Shown here one piece after another: positions 1 to 9,808 of a DNA stretch of 64,000 nt. Below the pieces are notes generated by a model that had not been told where the DNA came from, did not search any database, and saw nothing but the letters and a program-made list of their open reading frames with translations. The first letter of the stretch is position 1, and every line of letters starts with the position of its first letter. The translations under genes and the position numbers were made by a program. The DNA comes from an uncultured delta proteobacterium (lineage in GTDB: Bacteria > Myxococcota_A > Polyangia > Polyangiales > Houyiibacteriaceae): assembly GCA_963699755.1 (NCBI GenBank), contig CAVOVB010000001.1, positions 1,248,001 through 1,312,000 of the forward strand, written 5' to 3'.

Positions 1-1817
1 AGCTCGACACGCTGTCGGCGAGCCCAGGGGCGTTGCGCTCTCAAATCGAAGCCTGGCTCGAGATGCCGCAAGCCGACGCGAAGTTGCTCCGCTTCTTCGA
101 AACGGCATTTCAACAGGACGGGTTCGAGGAACAAGCGCTCGTCGACCTCTGGGGATACAGCAACTTCCAGATGGGGCGACTTAGTGACGGAACCGCGGCC
201 GACGATGCCTTCATTCGAACCTTTGAAGAGAGCTTCGGCCGGACCGTCCTCGACATCGTACGCTCGAATCGGCCGTTCACCGATGTGCTCACGACGCGGA
301 CGGTTCATCTCACGACGGCACAAATGGTGGCCCTGGCGCTCAGCGACGACCGCGAGATCGATGACGACGACGACCGAAGCTACAAGCACTCACGCAGCAT
401 GATCGACCAGCTCGTGTTCACGACCTCGGACGTGCCGCTCTCAGAGACCTTGAATCCCAGCTCTCCGAGCTGGATGCGGTTCAGCATCCCCGCCGAAGGG
501 CTTCCGGAAGGATGCGGAGGCGAGGCCGTGAAGACCAATGGCGATCTGGTTCGGGCCGCGTTTGCCGCTCTGTTCGGCTTCTACACCAACAACGACGGCT
601 GCATGCCCGACACCTATCGCACGACCCCGGCCCTCGGCGAGGAGGCCTTCTTCGACTGGCGTCCGGTGACGATCCGCGCACCGGGCCCGGGCGAAGAGCC
701 GACCATGTTCTGGGAGCTGGACGCGATCCGTGCGTCGAATGAGCTGGTTCTGCGAGTCCCGCGATCCGGATTCATGACCACGCCTGCGTTCTTCGCCACC
801 TGGCCGACCAACGATGCGAACCAGGCTCGGGTGACCATCAACCAGACCTTGATCGTGGCGCTTGGAAAGAGCTTCGATAGTGAAACGACGCTCGTGCCTG
901 CTTTCGACGACGCGCTCGACGATTCGCACGCCGATCCCACATCGGTGTGCTGGGGTTGCCACGTGAACCTCGACCCGATGCGGCAGTATTTCCGCAACTC
1001 GTTTACGTACTACTATCACGCCCAACAAGATGCCTCCGTGCAGGCGCTTCGACCGTCCTTCGCCTTCCAGGGCGTCTCGGTCGAGGGCGCGCCGGGCGAC
1101 GGGATCGACGAGCTCGCCAATACACTCTCGAGCCACCCACGCTTTGCGCCCGCCTGGGTGCAGAAGGCCTGTTACTTCGCGAACAGCGCGGCTTGTCCCG
1201 AGGGATCTCAGGAATTCCAGAAAGCGGTCGACGTCTTCGAGCAATCCGGGATGAGCTTCCGCGCGATGCTCGTCGAGCTCTTTGCCTCGCCGCTGGTCTC
1301 TGCAGCCAGCTGTGTCGAGGACGCGGGCGGCGATATTCCGTCGGTGGCGCGCGCGCGTCATTTCTGTGCGACCGTCTCCAACCGGCTCGGCATCTCGGAC
1401 GCCTGTGGCACAGAAACCTACTATCAGTCCGAACGGCGCGGGGAACGTGGCATCAACCGGCAGCTGATCGAGGTCGTTCCTGATGACGGCTACAGCCGTG
1501 GCGGCGAGATCCCCGTCGTCATCGCAGACCCGAACCTCTTCATTCGCGCAGCGGGCGAGGCGATGTGTGAGGGCTTCAGCAATATGGTGGTCACGGCGGA
1601 CGGGAAGTTTCCTCCGACCGATCCGGAGGGCGCGATCCGCGCCTTGGTCACCGACCTCGCGGGCTTGCCGGAGTCCGACCCGCGGCACGCCGGCATGCTC
1701 GACATCCTGAGCAGACACTTCGAACAGGCGGAAGCCCAGACCAGCGGCACCAATGCGCTCCGCTCCACATTCATCGTCGCCTGCACGTCTCCGAGCGTGC
1801 TCGGCATGGGCCTTTGA
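1..1817 (+). CDS. DUF1592/DUF1588-like (PSCyt-type) protein with CxxCH motif, 5'-truncated by window edge
   Basis: Frame is open from position 3 (LDTLSASPGALRSQ...). Contains R-SG-F-MTT, CWGCH and LDPMR motifs; followed by a Tat-signal DUF1501/1552-like gene. Confidence 0.7.
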   Translation, partial: LDTLSASPGALRSQIEAWLEMPQADAKLLRFFETAFQQDGFEEQALVDLWGYSNFQMGRLSDGTAADDAFIRTFEESFGRTVLDIVRSNRPFTDVLTTRTVHLTTAQMVALALSDDREIDDDDDRSYKHSRSMIDQLVFTTSDVPLSETLNPSSPSWMRFSIPAEGLPEGCGGEAVKTNGDLVRAAFAALFGFYTNNDGCMPDTYRTTPALGEEAFFDWRPVTIRAPGPGEEPTMFWELDAIRASNELVLRVPRSGFMTTPAFFATWPTNDANQARVTINQTLIVALGKSFDSETTLVPAFDDALDDSHADPTSVCWGCHVNLDPMRQYFRNSFTYYYHAQQDASVQALRPSFAFQGVSVEGAPGDGIDELANTLSSHPRFAPAWVQKACYFANSAACPEGSQEFQKAVDVFEQSGMSFRAMLVELFASPLVSAASCVEDAGGDIPSVARARHFCATVSNRLGISDACGTETYYQSERRGERGINRQLIEVVPDDGYSRGGEIPVVIADPNLFIRAAGEAMCEGFSNMVVTADGKFPPTDPEGAIRALVTDLAGLPESDPRHAGMLDILSRHFEQAEAQTSGTNALRSTFIVACTSPSVLGMGL

Positions 1818-1828
1818 GGGACAGGAAG

Positions 1829-3139
1829 ATGAAGCTCCACAGACGCAAGATGCTCTACGCGGCGCTTTTCGGCGCAGGAGGGCTCGGCCTCAAGTCGCTG
1901 GCCACCGGCATTCCCATGTCCATTCTGGCCCGGCCTTTGGCGGCGCGCGCGCAGGACGCCGCGACGACGCGCATCTTGATTCTCTCCTCGTCCTCTGCCG
2001 GCGACCCCATCAACGCGAACGTGCCGGGCACCTACGAAGACCCGGCCGTCGAGCACCCGAACGGACCCGAGATGGCGCCGACGCTCATGACCATTGGCGG
2101 ACAGCAGCGCACGGCAGCGAAACCCTGGGCGGAGCTCCCGGCGAGCATGCTCGCCAAGACGGTGTTCTTCCACCACGGAACCTACACCAACTCGCATCCG
2201 AACCACCCCAAGGTGATGCGGCTGATGGGGAGCACCGAGCGCAACGAAATGCTCGTCAGCGTCTTTTCCGACGCCCTTTCGAGCGTCCTCGAGACGGTGC
2301 AACAGGAGCCGATCAGCGTCGGGGCGCGCGGCGGCAACGAGATCCTCACCTTCAAAGGTCGCTCCCTGGCTAACGTCTCGCCGGTTGCGCTCAAGACGGC
2401 CCTCGCCCAAGACGAGAACGCGCTTGGCGATCTGCGCCCCCTTCGCGACCAGACCGTCGACGAGATCTACGCGCTCTATCGGCAGCACGGCACCGAAAAC
2501 CAGCGCCGCATGCTCGACCGCTTCGTCGCGACGCGTGACGAAGCGCGATCGCTATCGCTCGACTTGGTGGAGCGGCTAGCCAGCATCGATGGCAACAGCG
2601 AGACCGACCAGGTGCTTGCAGCCTCGGTCCTTGCGGCGATGAACGTCTCGCCGGCCATCACCCTTCGCATCAATTTCGGTGGCGACAATCATACCGACCG
2701 TGAGTTCGTGAAGGAGACTGAACAATCGGTTGCAGGCGTTGGCCACCTGAAGGCGCTCGTCGAGACGGTCGAGGGCATGCGCGCCGAGGGTGTGCTCCGA
2801 AGCGACGTCATCGTCGGCACGCTCAACGTGTTCGGACGGGATCTCGCGCGAAAGGGCCGAGCCGGGCGCGACCACAATGGGCGACACCACTGTGCGGTCC
2901 TCATCGGTGAAGGGCTTCGCGGCGCTGTGGTGGGCGGCATCGAGCCGACTGGGAAGGACTACCAAGCGCAAGCCATCGACTCCGCGACTGGACGCGCGTC
3001 CGCTTCGGGCGACATCCCGCACGAAGAGACTTTCCAGTCGATGGCGAAGACACTCGGCGTGGCACTTGGCGTCCCGCGCACGCGGCTCGATGAAGCGATT
3101 AGCGGAGGCAAGGTCATCGAGACGGCGCTCGCGGGCTGA
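1829..3139 (+). CDS. DUF1501/DUF1552-like Tat-exported protein
   Basis: ATG at 1829; twin-arginine leader HRRKMLYAALFGAGG; GGDNH and FGR...GRDH motifs; 11 nt after the upstream stop. Confidence 0.7.
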   Translation: MKLHRRKMLYAALFGAGGLGLKSLATGIPMSILARPLAARAQDAATTRILILSSSSAGDPINANVPGTYEDPAVEHPNGPEMAPTLMTIGGQQRTAAKPWAELPASMLAKTVFFHHGTYTNSHPNHPKVMRLMGSTERNEMLVSVFSDALSSVLETVQQEPISVGARGGNEILTFKGRSLANVSPVALKTALAQDENALGDLRPLRDQTVDEIYALYRQHGTENQRRMLDRFVATRDEARSLSLDLVERLASIDGNSETDQVLAASVLAAMNVSPAITLRINFGGDNHTDREFVKETEQSVAGVGHLKALVETVEGMRAEGVLRSDVIVGTLNVFGRDLARKGRAGRDHNGRHHCAVLIGEGLRGAVVGGIEPTGKDYQAQAIDSATGRASASGDIPHEETFQSMAKTLGVALGVPRTRLDEAISGGKVIETALAG

Positions 3140-3213
3140 CGCTCGGCTGATCGAGCCGGTCCCCGACCGCTGCGAGCCTGCATAGACTCGGCAACCCGAT
3201 CTTCGTCAGTCGC

Positions 3214-5568
3214 TCACTGCACGCAGATGATCGTGACATCATCGGAGTTGTTGTCCTCGTTGCACTCGGTGGTCGTCCGGCCGCCTTCGCCATCGTCGTT
3301 CACGACCATGGTGATCTTACCCTCGATGTCTACGTCGATCATGCACGAGACCTCGAGACAGCCGCCGACTGGGACCGGGCCCTCCGTGTACGAGACGCAC
3401 AAGACGTTCTCATCCCCCGGGTCCCCAACGTAGAACGTCGCCGGCATCGATGCGCCGACCGTACGGGTGCCCCGGTTGCACACAGTCGCCGTCAGAATGC
3501 GCGTCTCTCCCGAGGTTCGGCACACGGTCTCGTCGACGTCGCCGGTGATGTCGGGTTGTGAGCCTGCTGCAGCGCCGCCTTGTACGTTCTGCCGAAAGTT
3601 GTTCAGGTCCGGTTCACTGAAGTTCGCGGTCCATTCCGAAGTTCTCGGCACCGTGCCGTCGTCGTTGATGTTGGTCACCGAGTAGCTGTGTTGATTCCAC
3701 ATCGGGCGCGACGAGACCCAGCGATCGAGCGCATCGCGAAGCACCCGGAGGCCCACCTGCCCAACGCCTGGCGGATGCTCGGCCCTGCAGGTATTGCCGC
3801 TGCCTGGCGTTCCCGCGATGGTCGTCTTGCACGCGTAGCCTTCGAGGCACTCCGAGTCGCTCGCGCAACGACAAAACCCCTCGTTGCAGACGCCGGAGAG
3901 GCAGTCAGCGCCCGTTTCGCAGCGGTTGCCGCGGTGAATCGGGTCGATCTGCGGGCAGCTTCGGTCGCAGTTCGCATTCGAGCCGATGAGGATCTCGGTG
4001 TTTGAGTCCCCGTCGGGGTCCGCGATGACCGGGTTTTCGAACCATGTGCACGAGGTGCGAAACGCCGAGTACAAGACCTCGCCCGTCGAGCCCTCGTAGA
4101 TTCGCGTGAAGCACTCGTCCGCATACACCGCCTCTGCGGCGCCGTCGCCCTCGAAATCGAACACCGAAGAACCGGTCCGATTGGAAGAAAGGTCTTGCGA
4201 GGAAGTCGACCAACGAATCTCCGTGGTCAGACAAGATGGGTCGGTCGCGCAATCGAGATCGAAGAGTCGGTAGAAGTTCCCCCCAGCCGACGCGAATTCC
4301 GGGTGGCCGTCATCATCGAAATCTCCGATGGTCGGTGGACCCCCGCCCAGGATGTCCGAGCTCACGTCCAAGAGGACTTGGCCCGAGAGCGTCATCAAAC
4401 GAGCCTTGCCGTTCCCGGTCGAGACGATTTCGGCGACTCCATCGAAGCTGTTCGCGTCGAACTCCGCTGCCGTCGCGCCGGGCGTTCCGAAATCTGCAAC
4501 CGCCCAAAACTGTGCGCTGTGCCCGAGCGGATATGCGAGGTCCCATCGATCCGTCTCCGCATTCCAGCGATAGATGTCGCGCGCCGTGATTTCGACCTCA
4601 CCATCTCCGTCGACGTCTGCGACCGCCGGAATGCTCATCTCACCCGCGCTCGGCAACACCTGGCCGGCATTGAGTCGGTTGCCCGTCGGCCCATCGTAGA
4701 CTTCACTCGCGGAGAGCACCTCGGGAAGTCCGTCGTCATCCAAATCGTGCAGGGCGATCCCATCCCAGCGCGAGCCGCTGATGTCGTTGCCGAGGGCCAC
4801 CCAAAGGCGGGTGTAGGTCTCGGCGGGCGCGCTCCAGCCGTACGCGACCAGGCCGCCCAAGGCGCGATGCGTGACGATGTCTGGAAAGCCGTCGCCGTTG
4901 ATGTCCCCGATGGCTGGGGGCGAAGCCGCAATCACGCGGTTCGATGGGTCATCGAGGTTCACGATCTGCTCGCAGGTCTGGCCGTTCAAGATTCGAATCA
5001 CACCGAAGCGAGCGGGGTTTGTACCCTCAGCTGCTTCGGAGCCGCCGTCGAGGCCGTTGTACGTCACGATCACGATCTCTTTGGCAGCTCCCGAGTCGAA
5101 GGGCAGGTCAGCGACCAATGGAGTCGTGAGAACCTGGACATGCTCAGGGAAGGGATCGCCCGCCGGCGGCCCCGTCCATTCGCATTGAACGTCCGCTTGA
5201 AAAAGACCGATGGTGATGTCGCCAAGGCAGAGCTCGTTCACCTCGCCACGCGGGCCAGTGCCATAGGAGATGCAGCTCGCGCCGTCTTTCGGATCGGACA
5301 GGCAATCGACCCCGCAACAATAGGTGTCGCCGCCGCAGTCGTCGTCGTTGCTGCACTCACCCTGAGTGGCGAGACACTCCTCTTGAACGCAGACCTCACC
5401 CGGAGCGCAGGGGCACCCGGAGACAGAACCATCCTCGTCGACGCCCGCATCACTGCCGCGGCCATCGCCCAGGGTGGATTCCGACGAGCAAGCCCCCGTC
5501 AGCATCAAACCGAAGCACAGGCACAGCGCGCAGCTGTACGAAAAGATTTCTCTCTCCCCCATCGTCAT
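3214..5568 (-). CDS. FG-GAP/VCBS-repeat, Cys-rich surface lipoprotein with C-terminal CARDB-like domain
   Basis: Lipobox-like LMLTGAC; repeated Ca-binding motifs DINGDG, DLDDDG, DVDGDG, DFDDDG, DFEGDG; C-terminal ECNEDNN. Start uncertain (5568 or 5562). Confidence 0.75.
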   Translation of the reverse strand: MTMGEREIFSYSCALCLCFGLMLTGACSSESTLGDGRGSDAGVDEDGSVSGCPCAPGEVCVQEECLATQGECSNDDDCGGDTYCCGVDCLSDPKDGASCISYGTGPRGEVNELCLGDITIGLFQADVQCEWTGPPAGDPFPEHVQVLTTPLVADLPFDSGAAKEIVIVTYNGLDGGSEAAEGTNPARFGVIRILNGQTCEQIVNLDDPSNRVIAASPPAIGDINGDGFPDIVTHRALGGLVAYGWSAPAETYTRLWVALGNDISGSRWDGIALHDLDDDGLPEVLSASEVYDGPTGNRLNAGQVLPSAGEMSIPAVADVDGDGEVEITARDIYRWNAETDRWDLAYPLGHSAQFWAVADFGTPGATAAEFDANSFDGVAEIVSTGNGKARLMTLSGQVLLDVSSDILGGGPPTIGDFDDDGHPEFASAGGNFYRLFDLDCATDPSCLTTEIRWSTSSQDLSSNRTGSSVFDFEGDGAAEAVYADECFTRIYEGSTGEVLYSAFRTSCTWFENPVIADPDGDSNTEILIGSNANCDRSCPQIDPIHRGNRCETGADCLSGVCNEGFCRCASDSECLEGYACKTTIAGTPGSGNTCRAEHPPGVGQVGLRVLRDALDRWVSSRPMWNQHSYSVTNINDDGTVPRTSEWTANFSEPDLNNFRQNVQGGAAAGSQPDITGDVDETVCRTSGETRILTATVCNRGTRTVGASMPATFYVGDPGDENVLCVSYTEGPVPVGGCLEVSCMIDVDIEGKITMVVNDDGEGGRTTTECNEDNNSDDVTIICVQ

Positions 5569-5649
5569 AGGGTAGCGACCGATGCTATCCGGCGCCAATG
5601 CAAGCAAGGTCACAAAACGAGGATCGAGCCGACCTTGCAGCAATCGAAT

Positions 5650-7242
5650 CTAGCGACCCGCCGCCGACACGAGCGCCCAGTTGGGCAGCACGCCGGGCTC
5701 GATTTCGAAGAGGGCAGTCCCGAGCACGTAGAAGACGACGGAAATGAGGACAGCGCCGATCAGGTTCAGCGCGAGTCCCACTCGCGCCATTTCCGGGATG
5801 CTGACGCGCTGACTTCCGAACACGACGGCATTCGGAGGCGTCGCGACTGGCATCATGAATGCGCACGACGCCGAGAGTGTGGCTGGGATCATCAAGAGGA
5901 GCGGGTGGATGCCTGTAGCGACCGCAATGGAGGCGAGTACCGGGAGGACCATTTCCGTGGTCGCCGTGTTGGATGTGAGCTCGGTCAGAAACGTCAGGCC
6001 TAGGCAGGTCACGAAGACGACGAGCAGTGGCGGCACCCCGGCGAGCCCGGTGAACTCCTCGCCAATGAATGCGGCGAGGCCCGTCACCTGAAAGCCGTGC
6101 GCCAGGGCGAAGCCGCCGCCAAAGAGCAAGACGATGTTCCAGGGGAGCCGGCGGATCACACCCGGCCCCATGATCGTCGCAGACTCGGCCCCAGCGGACC
6201 GGGCGGGGATCAGAAACATGATCGAGGCCATGCAAATCGCGACCGTCGCATCGTCGAAGAGCTCCCCGTACGGCAAGAGTTGCGACCACCCCGGCACCCT
6301 GAGCGATCCGAGCACCAGAGGCGCCCGAAACAACCAGAGCAAGGCCGTCGACACGAAGACCGCGAGGACGATCCGCTCCTCGTGACTCATCGACCCGAGC
6401 TTCTCCGCCTCCTCCTCCACCACCGATTGGTCCACCGTCACCAGATCGGGGATTCGGTAGAACAGCCGCGTGAGCAATAGCCAGGCCACGATGAGTAGGA
6501 TCGCGGCAATCGGAACGGCCATCATGAACCAGACGCCGAAGCCGATCGGGGCTGCATCGGGAAACGTGATCTGAAAGATCCGCTGCAGGGACAGATTCGG
6601 CGGCGTCCCGACCAGCGTCGCGATGCCGCCGATCGAGCAGGAATAGGCGATTCCCAACATGACGGCGACGGAGAAGTTGTGGGTCGTCTCTGTGCCGAAC
6701 TGCTCTTCCATGCGGAGCACGATCGCGAGCCCGATCGGGATCATCATGATCGCCGTGGCGGTGTTCGAGATCCACATGGAGAGAAAGGCACCCGCCAACA
6801 TGAAGCCGAGAATGATCCGATCTGCTCCGCCTCCGACGTTGCGAATGATCCACAGGGCGATTCGACGGTGGAGATTCCACTTCTCCATGGTCAGCGCGAT
6901 CATGAAGCCGCCGAGAAACAAGACGATGGTGCTGTTGAAATAGACGGGCGCCGTGTCACCCGTACGCTCGATGCCGAGCAGCGGGTAGAGGATCAGCGGC
7001 AGGAGCGCGGTTGCAAAGAGAGGAATCGCGTCGGTGATCCACCAGGTCGCCATCAGAACGGCCACCGCGGCCATCCGCGTGACCTCGGGCCGCTCGGGGT
7101 CGAGCTCGAAGAAAAGCAAGAATACGAACAGGGCAGGGCCGAGAAACAGGCCGATCCGCTGACCCCTCGTCCGTCTGCCTCGCCCGGGGAGCCCGCTATG
7201 ACCCCGCTCCGGCGGTAGCAACTCTCGCGACTGCGATTTCAT
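5650..7242 (-). CDS. SLC13/DASS family sodium:dicarboxylate(sulfate) symporter
   Basis: Two SNT motifs (WISNTATA, LTSNTATT), GTPPN and VATPPNA signatures, many TM helices; ATG at 7242. Confidence 0.9.
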   Translation of the reverse strand: MKSQSRELLPPERGHSGLPGRGRRTRGQRIGLFLGPALFVFLLFFELDPERPEVTRMAAVAVLMATWWITDAIPLFATALLPLILYPLLGIERTGDTAPVYFNSTIVLFLGGFMIALTMEKWNLHRRIALWIIRNVGGGADRIILGFMLAGAFLSMWISNTATAIMMIPIGLAIVLRMEEQFGTETTHNFSVAVMLGIAYSCSIGGIATLVGTPPNLSLQRIFQITFPDAAPIGFGVWFMMAVPIAAILLIVAWLLLTRLFYRIPDLVTVDQSVVEEEAEKLGSMSHEERIVLAVFVSTALLWLFRAPLVLGSLRVPGWSQLLPYGELFDDATVAICMASIMFLIPARSAGAESATIMGPGVIRRLPWNIVLLFGGGFALAHGFQVTGLAAFIGEEFTGLAGVPPLLVVFVTCLGLTFLTELTSNTATTEMVLPVLASIAVATGIHPLLLMIPATLSASCAFMMPVATPPNAVVFGSQRVSIPEMARVGLALNLIGAVLISVVFYVLGTALFEIEPGVLPNWALVSAAGR

Positions 7243-7468
7243 GCGTCGATCCCGTTCACGCCGCTTCGACGACAACGCCTCCGTGCTTCGCCCGACGCCC
7301 CGTCGACATACCCGAACGCCGGTGCGAAAGCCAACAAAACAGGACCGACGCGTATGCGCCGTCCTCGGCTTGGTTCCGGCCGAAGACCTCGTCAATAAGA
7401 GGAGGCGGGCCTAGGTCGCTCCGATGGGACCCTGCTGTCTCGTCTTGCCAAGCCGCTGAGACCGGGCG

Positions 7469-8500
7469 ATGGTTGCTTCGATGCGGACAGTTTCCCTCGG
7501 CCTGTTGCTTCTCACCATCGCCGCTTGCTCTCAACAAGGCGCCCTGAGCGAGATCGACCCAACGCTCAGTCACGCCTTCGAGCCGATCATGGTGGATGTG
7601 GCCGAAGAGGTGAGCGGTACCTGCCAAAGTTGGACGCTCGACAACGACGAACCGATCTTCGTCTCGAAGATACGCCAGACGAACGATGGCGCCTGGCATC
7701 ACTCGAACTGGTTTTTCGTCCCCGAGGGGATGTACCCCGGGCCGGACGGGACTTGGCCCTGCGATCAGCGCGGCTTCCACGACGTGACCGCCGGGCTCGC
7801 AGGCGGCGCCTTCTTCGCTCAGTCCACGCAAGCCCTTCAAGAGCTTCAAGCCTTTCAAGAGGGAGCGGTGCTCGAGATCCCGCCCCGTTACAAAATCGTC
7901 GGCGGCGTCCATCTCGTGAACATCACGGCCGGCGCGCTCGAAACTGCGCTACGCTTTGACATCGAGACGGTTCCCGAAGAGCAGGTCCAAATTCGTCTTC
8001 GACCCATCGCGTTTACCAACACCACGCTCGACATCGAGCCGCAGGCCAGGTCCCGTTACGGCATGACCTGCGACCTCGAGCCGCAGTTCCAGAACGTTCT
8101 CGGACGCGACCCCGACTACAACATCTACTATGTCCTTGCGCACTATCACGAGTGGGGAAACTACTTCCGCCTCAGCTTCGTCGATGACGTAGGCGCCGAG
8201 CGAACGATCTTCGAATTCGAGGGCTCGGTTGGCCAGCCGCTGGGAACCACCCTCGACCCGGCGATCAACTCGCAGGGCGCTGGGAAGCTTCGGTTCGAGT
8301 GCGGCTACATCAACAACACCGACCAGCGAATCACCTACGGCCTGGCAGGCAAAGAGATGTGCGTGTTCCTCGCGTACAGTGACGCGGACTTGAAAATCGG
8401 TGCGACCTCTGGCGTCAACACACCATTGGGGCCAAACCAGGACGGCGTATTCATGAACGAAACGGAGTGCGGGCCACTCGTCGCCGCCGCGGCTGACTGA
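7469..8500 (+). CDS. Copper type II ascorbate-dependent monooxygenase-like (PHM/DBH family) lipoprotein
   Basis: Lipobox IAAC; WHHSN, VHLVN, AHYH and KEMC give the CuH (3 His) and CuM (2 His + Met) ligand pattern. Confidence 0.7.
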   Translation: MVASMRTVSLGLLLLTIAACSQQGALSEIDPTLSHAFEPIMVDVAEEVSGTCQSWTLDNDEPIFVSKIRQTNDGAWHHSNWFFVPEGMYPGPDGTWPCDQRGFHDVTAGLAGGAFFAQSTQALQELQAFQEGAVLEIPPRYKIVGGVHLVNITAGALETALRFDIETVPEEQVQIRLRPIAFTNTTLDIEPQARSRYGMTCDLEPQFQNVLGRDPDYNIYYVLAHYHEWGNYFRLSFVDDVGAERTIFEFEGSVGQPLGTTLDPAINSQGAGKLRFECGYINNTDQRITYGLAGKEMCVFLAYSDADLKIGATSGVNTPLGPNQDGVFMNETECGPLVAAAAD

Positions 8501-8513
8501 CCTTCGATCGGGG

Positions 8514-9413
8514 TCATAGGTCGCTTGCCGGCCTCACGAGCACGCTGCCCCAGAGCATGGCTCGGTCGTCGTCGGCGCGGTTTGCTGGGGAGTCGGCATC
8601 TGCATCGCCGAAACTGCGCAGGACCGTGACCGCGTCGGGGCTGGCTGCGCGTCTCACGGCGGCGAAGAGCCTTTGCCGATAGTCCTCGTCGGTGCCGTCC
8701 AAGATATTCGAGAGAGTGAAGCCATCGAAGCTCGCGGCTGGCTGGCTCTCCAAAAAGCTCGCCGCATCCGCGTGGACGAGCTGCACGTCTTTGGCCTGCG
8801 GCGGGGGCGGATCCGAGGAAAGCTCACCGAGCAGAAGGGAACGTGCGTAAGGGTTACTTCGATTGGGGTGTCGCGCGAAACAGCGTTCCATGCGCCCGCG
8901 CATGACCGAGCCCAGGCGCTTCGGCAGGAAATCGAGAAATCGTGGCGCGTACACCGCGCGAAGTGCCGTCACCGAAAACAGCCCATCCACCGCGGCGCGA
9001 AAGCGCCAGGTGTTGAGCTCCCGTTTCCAGTACTCCATTTGTGCGGCCGGATCGTCGAGCTCGACGAAGGCACGCACCTTCGACGGCCACCAGCCTGCCA
9101 GCGGCCCGAAGAAGCGCATGAAGTCCATGATGCGCTCGGCTCGGCCGCGAACGCCGGGGTCGCCATCGAAGCGCCGCTCCGCATAGGCGAGCTGTACCGG
9201 ATTGATGTCGACCGCGACGACCTCGTGATGAGGTGCGAGCCGCATCGCCGTACAGCCCGCCGAGGCAATGCAAAGGACGCGGCTCTGAGGTCGAAAGGCT
9301 TCGAGCTCGATCGACGGATCCTCGTACATGCGGCCGAAAAGCACCTGCCGAGGCCCGAGGCGGGCATCGAGTCGCCCCCGCTCCCAGATCGTCACCGCCG
9401 TGCTCGCGCTCAT
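8514..9413 (-). CDS. DUF3419/BtaA-like SAM-dependent 3-amino-3-carboxypropyl transferase family protein
   Basis: YEDPSIE, IASAGC, VDINPVQL and FTLSNILD motifs; ATGA overlap with the upstream gene at 9410-9413. Confidence 0.7.
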   Translation of the reverse strand: MSASTAVTIWERGRLDARLGPRQVLFGRMYEDPSIELEAFRPQSRVLCIASAGCTAMRLAPHHEVVAVDINPVQLAYAERRFDGDPGVRGRAERIMDFMRFFGPLAGWWPSKVRAFVELDDPAAQMEYWKRELNTWRFRAAVDGLFSVTALRAVYAPRFLDFLPKRLGSVMRGRMERCFARHPNRSNPYARSLLLGELSSDPPPPQAKDVQLVHADAASFLESQPAASFDGFTLSNILDGTDEDYRQRLFAAVRRAASPDAVTVLRSFGDADADSPANRADDDRAMLWGSVLVRPASDL

Positions 9414-9799
9414 GGCGCCCCCGCGCCCGGCAAGCTCGCGGCCACCCAGGCCAGCACCAGGAAGGCGAAGTTCTTGACCAGCATGCCGCGCGGATCGTGA
9501 ATCACGTGCCTCGACCAGATCCAGCCATTCGCGTTCAGTGACACCAGCAGCACGGTTTGCGCAAGCGCGCAGAGGAAGGGAGCGAAGCTGGTCAACACCC
9601 AGACCCCGATCGCGACCTCCACCGCCCCCAAGGTCATCAAAAAGGGCACACCGAATCGCTCTCCGTAGCGCGGCACCGCTTTGACGACATCGAACTCGCG
9701 CGGCTCGCCGCGGAGCAACTTGCACCAGAGTCCTTCGTAGAACCAGACCGCCGCAACCGCGGCACGAATCAACCAGGTCGGTGGCATGAGCTCAGGCAA
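9410..9799 (-). CDS. DoxX-like membrane protein
   Basis: AVWFYEGLWCKLL...GAVEV...HDP..MLVKN pattern, 4 TM segments. Start may be 9787. Confidence 0.7.
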   Translation of the reverse strand: MPELMPPTWLIRAAVAAVWFYEGLWCKLLRGEPREFDVVKAVPRYGERFGVPFLMTLGAVEVAIGVWVLTSFAPFLCALAQTVLLVSLNANGWIWSRHVIHDPRGMLVKNFAFLVLAWVAASLPGAGAP

Positions 9800-9808
9800 C
9801 TCGGTCCC

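Noticed and set aside
4195..6003. 602-aa plus-strand ORF and similar long ORFs (441-1718, 35783-37105, 37320-39002, 43382-44680)
   Set aside because: Antisense or off-frame shadows of well-supported genes, typical of high-GC DNA; no recognisable motifs.
9414..9725. N-terminal extension of the 403-aa ORF 8514-9725
   Set aside because: Overlaps the DoxX-like gene in another frame; the ATGA-coupled start at 9413 is more plausible.
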